Shown one piece after another: positions 49,307 to 63,322 of a stretch of 64,000 bases of DNA. Numbering within the stretch: position 1 is the first letter of the stretch; every line of letters starts with the position of its first letter. The position numbers were made by a program, and so were the translations under genes. The notes under the pieces are model-generated. The model worked only from the letters and a program-made list of their open reading frames with translations, was not told the origin of the DNA and did no database searches. Source of the stretch: Octopus sinensis (Eukaryota); contig NC_043013.1 of NCBI RefSeq assembly GCF_006345805.1, positions 3,224,001 through 3,288,000 on the forward strand, in the 5' to 3' direction.

Positions 49307-49715
49307 TAGCTTGCTTACCAACCACATAGTTCCGAGTTCAGTCCCACTGCATGGCACCTTGGGCAAGTGTCTTCTACTTTAGCTTCGAGCTGACCAAAGA
49401 CTTGTGAGTGGATTTAATAGACGAAAACTGCGAGCAGGCAGAATCGTTAGCACGCCGGGCGAAATGCTTTGCGGTATTTCGTCTGCCGTTACGTTGTGAG
49501 TTCAAATTCCGCCGAGGTCCACTTTGCTTTTCATCCTTTCTGGGTCGATAAATTAAGTACCAGTTACGCACTGGGGGTCGATATGATCGACTTAATACCT
49601 ATGTCTGTCCTTGTTTGTCCCTTCTATGTTTAGCCCCTTGTGGGTATAAAGAAATGGAAACTGAAAGAAGCCCGTTGTTATATATCTTATTTATATTATA
49701 TTATATATATATATA

Positions 49716-49762
<47 letters not shown>

Positions 49763-49965
49763 GTTTGTAACCCCCTCCAACATCGCTTGACAACCGATAC
49801 TGGGTGTTTACGTCCCTGTAACTTATCTGTTCGGCAACAAAGAGACCGAGAAAATAAGTACGAGGCTTACAAAGAATAAGTCCTGGGGTCGATTTGCTCG
49901 ACTAAAGGCGGTGCTCAAGCATGGCCGCAGTCAAATGACTGAAACAAATAAAAGAGTAAAAGAGT
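49307..49965 (+). mobile_element. SINE B interrupted by a SINE A insertion (A at 49431-49655)
   Basis: B 5' half ends GAAAACTG (49423-49430), A follows, and B resumes GGAAACTG (49656-49663) AAAGAAGCCCG, giving an 8-bp TSD with one mismatch. Confidence 0.9.
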
Positions 49966-49966
49966 A

Positions 49967-50004
<38 letters not shown>

Positions 50005-50217
50005 GTATGTATATGTATATGTATATATGTATGTATATGAATATAGATAGATACACACATACGTACATACATATATAGTCAGTATATACATATATTTATA
50101 TATACATTCATATACTCACACACATATATTGTGTGTGTGAATCTGTGTAACATAAGTGTGTGCGCGCGCGCGTGTGAGTATGGTAATATGTTTAGAATGA
50201 AGCATCTATGCAAATTG

Positions 50218-50288
<71 letters not shown>

Positions 50289-50310
50289 TGTTGTATGTAT
50301 GTATGCATGT

Positions 50311-50398
<88 letters not shown>

Positions 50399-50402
50399 TA
50401 TG

Positions 50403-50434
<32 letters not shown>

Positions 50435-51385
50435 TATATGCCTGTGTGTGCGCGCGCGTATGTATATATATACAAGCACACGCGCGTTTGTGGGTGTATG
50501 AATGTTCGAGTTGGTGGCACGTAGAAGTCTATGGATGTGGGTGAGTAAAGGCAGCTTAAAATGTTCAACAAAATTAAATTTGAATCCATACATAGACAAG
50601 AAGAAAAATATAAAAAGAAACAGAAAATGCATATTCAATATATTTAATATTAGAGAGAACCTTTTTTCCCCCCGTGTCATGCACTCTAAGCAGCTTTTAC
50701 ATTTCTATATATAATAAGCAGGACTCCAAAGTATCTATTCCTTTGATTCCTCTGCTGAAGATGCTAAAAGGTAACGAACAGAGAATATATCTTTGTTGCA
50801 TCAGTGAAATACTCTCTCTATATATTACATACAGACGCATACACACGCGCACAGGCACACACACACACGCATACACACACATACACATTACCCTTTTACC
50901 TTAGCATTGCTAAAAATATACTACACATCTCTACATTAAGTCGACCAGATGTTAATGCAAAAGAACCCGATATTTAAATGATAAATATACTGCTCGGTTT
51001 TGTAATTCAACCAAATAGGATATATATATATATATATATATAAGAGTGTAGGCTCGAAACGTAAAAGACTTTTTCTATTCCTGAGCGTTATACTAATACA
51101 TCTGTTTGTTTTGTACACCACCTGTCTTCGTCTTTTGTTTTTTTCGTAAACTCTCCCTATATATATATATATATATACGCACACAATCATACACGCACAT
51201 GCACATACGCGTACACACACATACACACACACTTGCATATACTCACACATACACATATATATTACATACTTGATAATCGCACCTGGATAGATACCGATGG
51301 TCATAAAATGTCAAGTAATTGCATGTCACCGTTTCTGTACGGAATATATGTGTGTGTGTGAGTGTGTGTGTGTGTGTGTGTGAGC

Positions 51386-51455
<70 letters not shown>

Positions 51456-51734
51456 CATTTCTAAATCTCTCTCAGAGCGATTTATGCAGTAATGATATGA
51501 TAAAGTAGTTGTATATTGTTAACTTAATGTGATAGTCCCATGTAGGGAATAAGACTATTGCTATTTAGCCCTAGGAAGCAGCAACGCTTCCTGTCGGCCT
51601 TGATACATGTCTTGTGTCCTTATGTTTACAACAGGGAGATAAGAGTATTCCCTTCATGGGACTGTCACATTAAGTTGACAGTATACAACTACTTTATATA
51701 TATACATACGTATGTATGTATGTATATATATACG

Positions 51735-51840
<106 letters not shown>

Positions 51841-51868
51841 ATTATATATATATATAATATATATATAT

Positions 51869-52196
51869 GGTGAGGGCGCATGGCTTAGTGGTTAGGGCAT
51901 TCGGCTCATGATCGTAAGGTTGTGAGTTCGATTCCCAGCGACGCGTTGTGTCCCTGAGCAAGACACTTTATTTCACGTTGCTCCAGTCCACTCAGCTGGC
52001 AAAAATGAGTTGTACTTGTATTTCAAAGGGTCAGCCTTGTCACTCTCTGTGTCACGCTGATTTTCCCCGAGAACTACGTTAAGGGTACACGTGTCTGTGG
52101 AATGCTCAGCCATTTGCACGTTAATTTCACGAGCAAGCTGTTCCGTTGATCGTATCAGCTGGGACCCTCGTCGTCGTAACCGGCGGAGTCTTTTAG
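51869..52196 (+). mobile_element. tRNA-derived SINE family D with a CORE-like segment
   Basis: TGGCTTAGTGG (A box), GAGTTCGATTCC (B box), GTGTCCCTGAGCAAGACACTTTATTTCAC. Confidence 0.8.
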
Positions 52197-52227
52197 AATA
52201 TATATATATATATATATATATATGTTT

Positions 52228-52510
52228 TCTACTATAACATCGGGTCGACCAAAGCCTTGTGAGCAGATTTAGCAGACGGAAACTGAAAGAATCCCGTCGT
52301 ATATGTATATCTATGTTTCTCCCTCCACCATCACTTGACAACCGATTTTGGTGTGTTTATGTCCCTGTAACTTAGCAGTTCGGCAAAAGATATCGATAGA
52401 ATAAGCGCCTAGGCTTATAAAAAATAAGTCCTGAGGTAGATTTGTTCAACTAAAGGCGGTGCTCCAGCATGGCCGCAATCAAGTTACTGAAACAAGTAAA
52501 AGAATAAAAG
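52228..52510 (+). mobile_element. 5'-truncated, older SINE B
   Basis: CGACCAAAGCCTTGTGAG..TAAAGGCGGTGCTCCAGCATGGCCGC..AAACAAGTAAAAGAATAAAAG. Confidence 0.85.
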
Positions 52511-53515
52511 AATACATATGTATACATGTATATATATAGTAGTTGAAAAATATCGTTATAGATATAAAAAATACCATAAACAATTATAGAAAAATGGAGG
52601 AGAAAAAGATGTTGAATCAAAATTAGATTTAATAAAAATAGGATTCAATACATACGCGCGTTTCAAAAGATAATAAAAATATGTAAGAAAAAATTATAAC
52701 CATAATAATTATAATTAAATTTATGCATTGTCATTTTCATCAGTGTGAGGAATTTTTGTAAAGACATCAAAACAGGTTTAATAAAATAAAGTAAATTAAG
52801 ATAAGATACAATAAGGGAGAACACAAAAATAATGTGTCCAACTCATTAAAAATATTCTATTTATTTATGCAGCTAAGGACAGTCCTGCATTTAAACTGAT
52901 GTAATGATTGCATTGTTCAATTAAATAGAGCCGCTTGAAAAGGTCGTACTGCATCACATCTTCATATCCTGTTGCTTATTTTGATTTTATATATATATAA
53001 ACAACGGTCTAACCTTACTTTAGTTTATTGATCCCTTTTTATATCCCATAAAATTACGTTCCCTCATGAATTTGATGACTTCTACCATTTTTAGATTTTG
53101 TTCCAATTCCACGAACGAAATGTTATATCTGAAATTGCCCTGTATTCCGGAGTGGAGAATTTTAAACGTAAACGTTTTTCTGCTCGAAATTTTGCATTTC
53201 CTGTTCCTATTTTTGCTTCACATGAAAAACTAATCTATTTCGATCAAAAATCCATTTCATGGTTCGACAGTGGAAGTAAATGTGTTTTAGGAGAGTTCTT
53301 CATTTTTCATATACAACATTTATCTCGCAAAACTATAATTTTGTCTCGAGTAACAAAGAAATCTATATGAATTATATTTTAATATGTATGCCTTGATTCT
53401 AGCGACGAGCTGCTAGAATCGTTAGCAAGGCGAGCAAAGTACCACTTGACTGGGGTCAATGAAATAGACTTAACTCCTCGTCTGAAATTGGTGGCCCTGT
53501 GCTTTTGGTAGAAAA

Positions 53516-53588
<73 letters not shown>

Positions 53589-53621
53589 ATTATTATTATA
53601 TTATTATTATTATTATTATTA

Positions 53622-53654
<33 letters not shown>

Positions 53655-53660
53655 CATCAT

Positions 53661-54370
53661 TCAGTAGTTTTATTTTTATCACGTGCTTTCACTTCACTAC
53701 CGAGCGCAGCTCTGTGTGCCTTGGGTATGTGCTGTGATTTGTTGTGATGCTCCGATGGTTATTGTATGGAAAGTGTTCTGCGTAGGATGTGTGCAGTGCC
53801 TGGTAGTGCAATTTTCTGTATGTTATATGTGTTTGTAAGTCCTGGTGTTTTTGTTATGTATTTGTCTAAATACTTTTTTTATCATGCCTAATGCACCTAC
53901 TATGATAGGAATTGTTTCTGTTTTTAGATTCCACATTCTGGTTACCTCTATTGCCAGGTCTTTGTATTTTGAAAGTTTCTCCATTTCTTTTAGAGAAACG
54001 TTGTCATCTGCCGGTATTGATACATCAATTAGAAAGCATTTTTTTTTCTTCATGATCTCTGACAACTATATCTGGTCTGTTGGTCTTAATTTCTCTATCT
54101 GTGTGTATCGGCATATCCCAGAGTATGGTTGCTTTCTCGTTTTCTGTGACCTTTTCTGGTGTGTGCCTATACCATCTTTTTTCTGTTGTTATTCCATAAT
54201 GTTGGCATATCTTCCAGTGTATGTAGGTTCCAACTCTGTCATGTCTGTGAATATATTCCTTTTTAGCCAGGACTGGGCAGCTAGAGATAATATGATTTAT
54301 TGTTTCTTGTCCATCTCCACATATTCTGCAGTTATTTGTTATATTTCTTTTCATTACATGTTTTTGGTAA
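53661..54370 (-). mobile_element. 5'-truncated R4/Dong-like non-LTR retrotransposon (CCHC plus RLE domain) in (TAA)n
   Basis: CRICGDGQETINHIISSC; ILWDMPIHTDREIKTNRPDIVVRD; CFLIDVSIP..EKLSKYKDL. (ATT)n on both sides. Confidence 0.92.
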
Positions 54371-54450
<80 letters not shown>

Positions 54451-54453
<3 letters not shown>

Positions 54454-54835
54454 TAGTTTTATTTTTATAGCGTGCTTTCACTTCACTACCGAGCGCAGCT
54501 CTGTGTGCCTTGGGTATGTGCTGTGATTTGTTGTGATGCTCTGATGGTTATTGTATGGAAAGTGTTCTGCGTAGGATGTGTGCAGTGCCTAGTAGTGCAA
54601 TTTTCTGTATGTTATATGTGTTTGTAAGTCCTGGTGTTTTTGTTATGTATTTGTCTGAATATTTTTTTATCATGCCTAATGCACCTACTATGATAGGAAT
54701 TGTTTCTGTTTTTAGATTCCACATTCTGGTTACCTCTATTTCCAGGTCTTTGTATTTTGAGAGTTTCTCCATTTCTTTTAGAGACACGTTGTCATCTGCC
54801 GGTATTGATACATCAATTAGAAAGCATTTTTTTCT

Positions 54836-54839
<4 letters not shown>
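54451..54839 (-). mobile_element. Second, shorter copy of the same R4/Dong-like element in (TAA)n
   Basis: SLKEMEKLSKYKDLEIEVTRMWNLKTETIPIIVGALG..LLGTAHILRRTLSIQ*; 3' UTR nearly identical to the 53661 copy. Confidence 0.92.
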
Positions 54840-54893
<54 letters not shown>

Positions 54894-54910
54894 CATCATC
54901 ATCATCATCA

Positions 54911-55010
<100 letters not shown>

Positions 55011-56174
55011 GCGTAGGCATAACGAAACTAAAACCAGATGTTAGAACTCAATACCATTAGATAAATACATAGAATGATATAAATTAACGAATGACAAAAG
55101 AACATGAATTATGTAGTCTCTTTCATTAGCTTACGGCTGTTTCTGCCTCCTCCCATACCGATTGTATTTTTAATACAGCACATCAGAGTAAACATCACAG
55201 AAAATGACCTATCAACAGCGAATATACATTAACCTTAAAATTTAGAATTAAATTGATTTAAATTGCCTTATCATACGTGTAGCTTAAAAGTATTTACATT
55301 TACGATATTTTTTTTTTGTGACTAAAATAAGAATCGGTATAAAACAGTAGAATTCGAACCTTTGAAGAACGTTGATTTTAACGTTCAGATTTATTGTTAA
55401 TGCATTAATGAGTAAGATTTGCATTTTATATAACTTTTTATATAAGAAGCACAACTTTTTAAATATTCCTAAAATTCACTCTTTCCGCCTCTTTAGCTAA
55501 AGATTGTGTATCTACGTATCATATTCAAATTTAAAGTCAAATTTTAAAAACGATTTACAGCCCCGATTATCACTACTATATTCTAAATTTAAATCATTTG
55601 AAAATAAAAACTGACTTATACAATTTTTTTTTTAATTTGAAATTAGATATTTGCACAAAATTTGAAATAAGTTCAAATTTCCTGATATAAGGCAAATTTC
55701 ATTATAAATCAAGGCTAATGACACGAAACTCCCCGAGTTTCTCCAGTTGCACTATTAGAAACTGGGAACTAATTATCTCCTTTTCTTTTAATTACTACTT
55801 CATTCCCTCAAATTCATATTGATGTAGGTTCACAAATACTTATTTACCACAAAATTGAGGCTAAAACATTTGAAAATTTGACAAAAGTAACAAAGCATAG
55901 AAAACACGAAACGGGGACGCAAACACGACTATAAAACACGACTTTCTAGATATATTGTGTCGAAAACACGCGCGCACGTTTTTTTTTTTTTTTTTTAAAT
56001 ACTATAATAACTAACTTTTTCGCCTGCGAGTATATTTTGCAAATTTGAATAAGTTTTAAAAGAAATTTAAAATAAATACGATAGTGGAGCTACTCGAAAT
56101 CGATATAAACAATTTCTGCAAACCTTCTCCACTTTAAATATTTAAATGCAAATAAAAAATAATATAAATTTCTC

Positions 56175-56224
<50 letters not shown>

Positions 56225-57459
56225 CAGGGGTTGGACAAAATAATGGAAACACCTAGCATCATAGCTTCATAATTTTGAAATATCTATAAAACCATGAAAA
56301 GCTGGGTTTTTTTAATGTTTTTTGATTTATTGTTAGTGTTGTTTCATATGTTTGGCTAAAATTGTTGTTTCTTTTCAGACATCATCAGAAATGGGTCATT
56401 AAAATGACAGATCTATCGGTCTTTCAAAGAGGTTAAATTGTTGGTGCTCGTATGGCAGGCTCTAGCGTAATGAAAACAGCCGAAATGTTTTGTGTATCGA
56501 CAAGTAGTCTCGAAAGTAATGACAGCCTTTGAAAAAGAGGGAAAAGCCTCTCGCCGAAACAAAATTCTGGAAAAAACCCAAAACTTTCAGATAGGGACCG
56601 TCGAACTCTTACGTGAATTGTTAGAAAGGATCACAAAAGTACAGTTCCCGAAATTGCTGCAGAGCTTAATGACCGCCTCGAGAACTCAGTTTCCACAAAA
56701 ACTGTTTGCCAGGAGGGCGTAATTAGAAAGCCACTACTTTCACGGGAAGGCAGAATCAGAAAGCCACTACTTTCTAAAGCAAACGTTGCAAAGAGTTTAG
56801 AGTGAAGTAAAAACCTTCAGAATTGGTCCCTAGAGAAGTGGAAGAATGTTATTTTCTCGAACGAATCCTTTACATATTTACATCCTTTACCATATTTCCG
56901 ACCAAAAGAGGCATTTGACCCAGACTGCCTTCTTCCATCTGTTAAACATGGAGGAGGATCTGTGATGATCTAGAGGGAAAATATCTTGGAAATCTGCTGG
57001 CCCAAAGGTTTCCCTTCTTGGCAGAATTAATAGTGAAGACAATCTAAGCATTTTATCTGATCAAATTTATTCTATGTTTGCGGAACTGTTTCTGGAGAGA
57101 AACGCAATGTATCAATTCACACAGTTAAATTTGTTACTGAATGGTACGAGAAACAATCTAGTTGAGTTGAACATCTTATCTGGTCACCACAGTCCCTAGA
57201 TCTCAATATTATTGAACATTTATGGTGCAATTTAGAAAAACAAGTAAGAAGTCGATATCTTCCACCATCATCACTACAAGAACTGTAGACTGTTTTAGCT
57301 GAAGAATGGCCAAAAATTCCCTTGGAAACAGTTCAAAATGTGTACGAGTGCATACCTCGCAGAATTCAAGCTGTAATTACTGCCAAAGGCAGTCCAACTC
57401 CATATTAAAATAGATTTGTTTGAGAATTTAAGGTGTTTCCATTATTTGACCAAAACCTG
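56225..57459 (+). mobile_element. Full-length (1235 bp) Tc1-like transposon with decayed transposase (about 56404-57408)
   Basis: Left TIR TA|CAGGGGTTGGACAAAATAATGGAAACACCT; right TIR reverse complement CAGGTTTTGGTCAAATAATGGAAACACCT. Motifs MTDLSVFQRG*IVGARMAG, WKNVIFSNES, VKHGGGSVMI, WSPQSLDLNIIEHLW, and PRRIQAVITAKGSPTPY*. The second catalytic D region appears deleted. Confidence 0.93.
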
Positions 57460-57464
57460 TCAAT

Positions 57465-57795
57465 TTATCGACCCCGATAAATTAAGTACCAGTTACACAC
57501 TGGGGTCCATGTAATCGACTTAATCCGTTTGTCTGTTCTTGTTTGTCCCCTCTGTGTTTAGCCTCTTGTGGGTAGTAAAGAAATAGAAATACATAGCGGC
57601 ATTTCGTCTGCCGTTTCGTTCTGAGTTCAAATTCCGCCGAGGTCGACTTAGCCTTTCATCCTTTCGGGGTCGATTAAATAGGTACCAGTGACGCACTGGG
57701 AGTCGATGTAATCGACTTAATCTTTTTGTCTGTCCTTGTTTGTCCCCTCTCTGTATAGCCTTCCACCCCAACCCCAGTAAGCAATAAAGAAATAA
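57465..57795 (+). mobile_element. Two 5'-truncated SINE A copies in tandem
   Basis: Core plus tail repeated twice. Confidence 0.85.
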
Positions 57796-57994
57796 ATATG
57801 TAAATGTCTACATATTTATACTTGAATATACATCATCTGAAAATTTTAGGTTCTTACCTTCTCTCTATTTACATGAATACATGTCTATATATTTTGTATT
57901 TGAAACTCAAGCAGTTATTTGATTATTTGCATCTCTCTCTCACACACACACACTCTTTCTCTCTCTCTCTCTGTATATATATACATATACATAC

Positions 57995-58101
<107 letters not shown>

Positions 58102-58187
58102 GTATATATACATGTATGTATCTCTATGTGTGTGTGTATGCATAAATACATACTCATACACAGACAGACAGACAGACAGATAGATAG

Positions 58188-58297
<110 letters not shown>

Positions 58298-58551
58298 CAG
58301 CTTTGAAAGTGCAGAGGATGTTGTAAGGCTAATTTTTTCACTCCAGTTATCACCAAAAAGATGGTGAATATATTAAGGCGGCGAAAGGCGGTGAGCTGGC
58401 AGAATTGTTAGTTAGTACGCCGAACGTTCTGGGTGCAGATTTCGCCGAGGTAATTCTATCTAATCAACTAGTTCCCTCCCAAAAAATTTAGACATTGGGG
58501 CCGTAGCACACAGGAACCCTCATCACCCCGGCTCCGGTATTTCTGCTACAA

Positions 58552-58782
58552 GGCGGCGAGCTGGCAGAAACGTTAGCACGTCGGGCGAAATGCCGAGCGG
58601 TATTTAGTCTGCCGTTACGTTCTAAGTTCAAATTCCGCCGAGGTCGACTTTGCCTTTCATCCTTTCGGGGTCGATAAATTAAGTACCAGTTACGCACTGG
58701 GGTCGATATAATCGACTTAATCCGTTTGTCTGTCCTTGTTTGTCCTCTCTGTGTTTAGCCCCTTGTGGGTAGTAAAGAAAAA
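58552..58782 (+). mobile_element. SINE A, intact, with 16-bp TSD
   Basis: TSD GGTATTTCTGCTACAA at 58536-58551 and 58783-58798. Confidence 0.93.
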
Positions 58783-59235
58783 GGTATTTCTGCTACAAAT
58801 ATTATTGGTGAATTAATCATTTAAAACAAATATCAAAAATTGGATTAAATTATATTTTATGGAATTGTATTAAATTATATTTCATAAATTAGAACATTTT
58901 TTAAAAAAAAAAAGAAAAAAATTTCAAGTAACTAAATACAGAAAATTACAAGATTGCCAATATGTATGATTGATCACTAACATAGTAAGTCACATGTATT
59001 TGTGAATATCTAACATAAAATTGGAAGTATTAAAGAATTATATATGGTTAATTTGCTTAATTTGCTAGTGAGTGAGAAATTGGGAAATTTTATTCCAGAA
59101 AATTGTAGTAAAACTTTGTTAAGAACGTTTTGAGAGTTTCATAAGTAAAATTACACTAAGCATATACGAATGATAAGATAATTAATATAGACGCGTGCAT
59201 CTCCCTAGCAATCTATACCTATCTTTCTATCTATA

Positions 59236-59322
<87 letters not shown>

Positions 59323-59414
59323 ATGTATATGTGTGTGTGTGTATATATATTTGTCTATATATATACACACACACATATATACATGTATATATGCATTTAC
59401 ACACATGTATATGA

Positions 59415-59512
59415 GTGTTTCCCAGACTAGTTTTGTAGCGCGCCAACAGATGGCACCACATGGCACCACACTGTTGCGCGCGCAGTGAGAGCTAGCAGTG
59501 ACTGTCATGAGG
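59415..59512 (+). mobile_element. Mariner left-end fragment of the same family as the 44194 element
   Basis: GACTAGTTTTGTAGCGCGCCAACAGATGGCA..GAGAGCTAGCAG..TCATGAGG matches 44216-44292. Confidence 0.7.
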
Positions 59513-59646
59513 TAGAGGGAGAGGGTGGAGGGAGGGAGGTGGATGGATGGATGGATGTATGCTTTCTTGTATGTATGTGTGTGTATGTAAGTAAACTGGA
59601 TCCGGCAGACATTGCGGAAGAAATATTCTTGATTAAACGGAGAGGA

Positions 59647-60969
59647 TCATCATCATCATTGTTCGACCGTGGTAGAGACAATGGAATTTACCATGCTACG
59701 CCAGACTTCACGGTCCATCATGGCATTACGGAGGTCCTGTTGCTGGATGCCTGTATCCCTGGAGATTACATCAGGGTAGGAGAGTGTGCGCCCTCTGGTA
59801 TTGCGAGTAGATGGCTTCCAGTGGAGAAGAGTAGAAATTGCCTCGTTTTCAGCTCTACAACAATGTCCAGCAAACTGGACTCTCCTACCTTTCACAAGAG
59901 ATGACACAGGTGGTAGTTTCCCATATATTTGCATTTTGGTTGGATGGCGCTTCCACGAGAGATTTGAGCTCTCATAAGGAGGGCAGTGTAGGTTCCATCC
60001 AACCGCCTCTCAAGCTTTTTTGATAACGTCCAGGTTTCTGAGCCATATAGTAGAATTGGTTCGACTGTGGCTTTGAAGATTTCAAGTTTGAAGTCTCTAC
60101 TTAGATTTGATGACCAGATCTTATGCATGTCATTACAGGCTGACCAGGCCATACCCTATCTTGTTAGAAAATCTTTTCCAGATGATGATATGTATGACCC
60201 AAGATATTTGTAATCAGAAACCATATTTAAGGACACATTGTTGAGAGTATGGATGATGCAATCACTGTTGGACAGGCACTTGTTTATGTATTCAGTCTTG
60301 GCCTTATTGAGGTAAAGACCTACACAATTTGAGGCTTGTTCGAGAGATTGTAAAAGAGACTGGGCATTGGAGAGAGAACCACTGATAAGAGCGATGTCGT
60401 CAGCAAAGTCAGTGTCTGTCAAGTATTCAGCTGGGTGTCTGGAACTTCTTCTTGGTTTTATTTCAAAGCCCTTGCCAGAGATGGTATCAACTGACATACG
60501 TAGCACATAGTCAACGACAATGATGAAAAGAAATGGGGCGAGTGTGTCTCCCTGCAGTATTCCGGCTTTGATTGAGAAAGATGATGTGTCTCCGTCAGGG
60601 CTTAAGATGGTTGAAGACGTATCTATGTAGAGGACCCTGATGGCAGAAATGATTTTGCCTGGTATCCCATAGAGCTTAAGAATTTCAAACATCTTGTACC
60701 TATCTACAGAGTCGAACGCTTTAGAAAAGTCTACAAATACCATTGCAAGATCACGATTAAATGCTTTTGATTCTTCAATAAGTCTGCGTAGGCATAGTAT
60801 TTGGCTCAGCGTTGAGCGCCCATGTCTGAATTCAATTTGGTTCTTTCGGAGCAAAGGTTCAACAAAAAGGACAAGACGATTTAGAATCAGTTTGTTGTAC
60901 AGTTTTTCAGCAATTGACATTAGAGATATACCCCTGTAGTTGGTGACGATGGACAAATCGCCTTTTTGG
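59647..60969 (-). mobile_element. 5'-truncated RTE-clade LINE (RT domain to 3' end) with 8-bp TSD
   Basis: KGDL..NYRGISL, FVDFSKAFDSV, GILQGDTLAPFLF, DFADDIAL and LLYGSETW, with frameshifts at about 60155 and 59940 and a (TGA)n tail. TSD GGAGAGGA at 59639-59646 and 60968-60975. Confidence 0.95.
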
Positions 60970-62711
60970 AGAGGAAGGCGGCTGCTGCAACGCATTTTGG
61001 AGAGTAGAGAGCAAGATGAGACAAGTAAGACATTTTGGTCATCCATTGCATCTGTCCCCATCCCTTAGTTGTCTTGACTTGGGTTTGTCGCGGACGAGAG
61101 GGTGAGGTTTATGGTGCGCAACTCATCTTCACCTGAAGCAAAATCATTTCACAAGTGATCAGTGATCCTTAAGGATTGCTAGATTGTCCTACGTCGCTCC
61201 GACGGGCGGACATGGAACATGTAAGAAATGCATCAATCGACCAAACAATTCAAAACGTCTCCATCGACGAAGACTAAAGCAACAACAAGCTCAAATCTCA
61301 TTCTGAAGCAGCAATGAGTTTATTTGAAAATTTATAATCTCCAGAAAATGGTGGGCGGATGTATATGAAGAAGACACTTTTGATTAAGACTTCCATTTAT
61401 ATACTTCAAATAAAATCTTATTTCTTTTGACAGTAATTGCAAATACCAATTTCTGCAGGACACAGAACAAGTAGTCTTCTTTTCTATCTATCAACAAATT
61501 ATTATTTCACTTATTTGTGGACAATGAAATGTCAAAATGTCAGAATGAAAATGGAAGCTTTAACATTTTTTTCTGGACAAAATCCAGAGGGACATTTTAT
61601 AAAAAAAATTATAACTCTAAATTTCTGCTGAAACAATGCAGGAAACTTATTTCTCTCCAGTCATTTGATATCGGTCCTTCTAATAGAATCGTTCTTTATT
61701 ATTGTAGTCCTAGTGACGCGACCACAAGTAAAGAGTTTTTACACGAAACTTACATTTCCAATTTGTTAACACCTTCTGTTCTGCATTACGTCATCCACGA
61801 TTGTACGTAAACGAGTCTATTTGTAGCAATTACAATTATTTCACAGAAATATATTTACTGCATGAACTTTAAAATACCACTATACTACACGAAAGAGACA
61901 GATTTATGACGCACATCCAACAAGAATACTGCCAAATAAACCATGCCTGTAACAAACTCTTTAACAACAAACTCGGATGAAACAGCAACAGCAATGATCT
62001 CAGCATAGTAAAAATCAACACAGGTCCCCAAGTAATATTACGGGATCGTCGTGTCGGAATGTGAACTACCAGACGACTTCGGCACCAAGGCACTGAAAAA
62101 CAATGCCACCACCACCACCAACAACAACATCAGTTACACCCCTGGAATATACTACGGTGTAATACAGCTAGATACGGATGACATACATGCCTTAGAGTTT
62201 CCATCAAAATTCACTACATATAAGATCAGAAAAATTGATATGCAACTACTCGTACTCTGTGCAGGAGAAACTCGTGAAGGTCATCAACTCTGTGCAGTAG
62301 AAACACGTGAAGGTCATCTTAACCATAGAACTATGCTGTATGACATTGTGAAATAAAAGAAAAGATGTATCAGTCTCTGCATACTCTATCGTTATAATTA
62401 TTGCGAATATACACTCCAGATAATATTACCCTCCAGTGAAGCGAATACGGAATTACTCATAGGAAGAATTTACAGCGTGATGCTAACTACTTCTCGATGC
62501 GGTTAGCGGTAACGTGGAACATAACCGAGAGCTACCACGGTATCTGCCCGGGATAGAAGACAATAAAACATTCGGACAGATAGACGATACAAAGGCGGAC
62601 AGGAGAAACAACGATTATAAGGACAAGCAAAAAAAAAAAGACGATTCATTCGTGGCCTTCTTTCCTCTGTCAAGTACCAGAAGTCATAACCGTTTCGGGC
62701 AGTTATATATA

Positions 62712-62784
<73 letters not shown>

Positions 62785-63322
62785 ATAATTTTTATTAATC
62801 CCGACAATCGTTTCGACACATCTAGCATCGACAGGTGGGACAGTTAACAACTTTAAGTTATGGATGAATTAAGTTTAGCTTTCAGCTCCTCATTCTTATA
62901 AACACCAAGTAGCTATTTTAACTGGCTTTGTGATCGTGTATTCACCAAACCATATTTGCACATATGCTCACATTTTCGTAAATGCTTCTATTAGCGAGTG
63001 TACACGCGCAATGCAGCTTGTGCGAGGGCGTTTATACACCCTCATCTCTTAACGGTTATTTTTAATACTTTTGTTGCTGTATTGCATGTTTGTTTCTTTT
63101 TTGCATCTGTGATTTGATTTGATTTCTGATCTTCTATAAAAATGAAGATATATCCTTCGTTTTGCTGCTTTTCTTTCTACGGAATGAGAAGATGCATTGC
63201 GGAAAAGTTATTTTAACGAGTTATATCTATTTATCACCCGATGAGACACATCTGCACCGTTTCTGACCATACAGTGTATAAGTTGTGTTAATTGATATTT
63301 TCAATAAATAGTTAACAAAGAT

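Noticed and set aside
60970-61061. N-terminal part of the 301-aa ORF as LINE protein
   Set aside because: It lies outside the TSD-defined element boundary; it is flank read in frame by chance.
61850-62360. 101-aa ORF with a ~33-bp tandem duplication (ACTCTGTGCAG..CGTGAAGGTCATC)
   Set aside because: Possibly an old LINE ORF1 relic, but no diagnostic motif supports a call.
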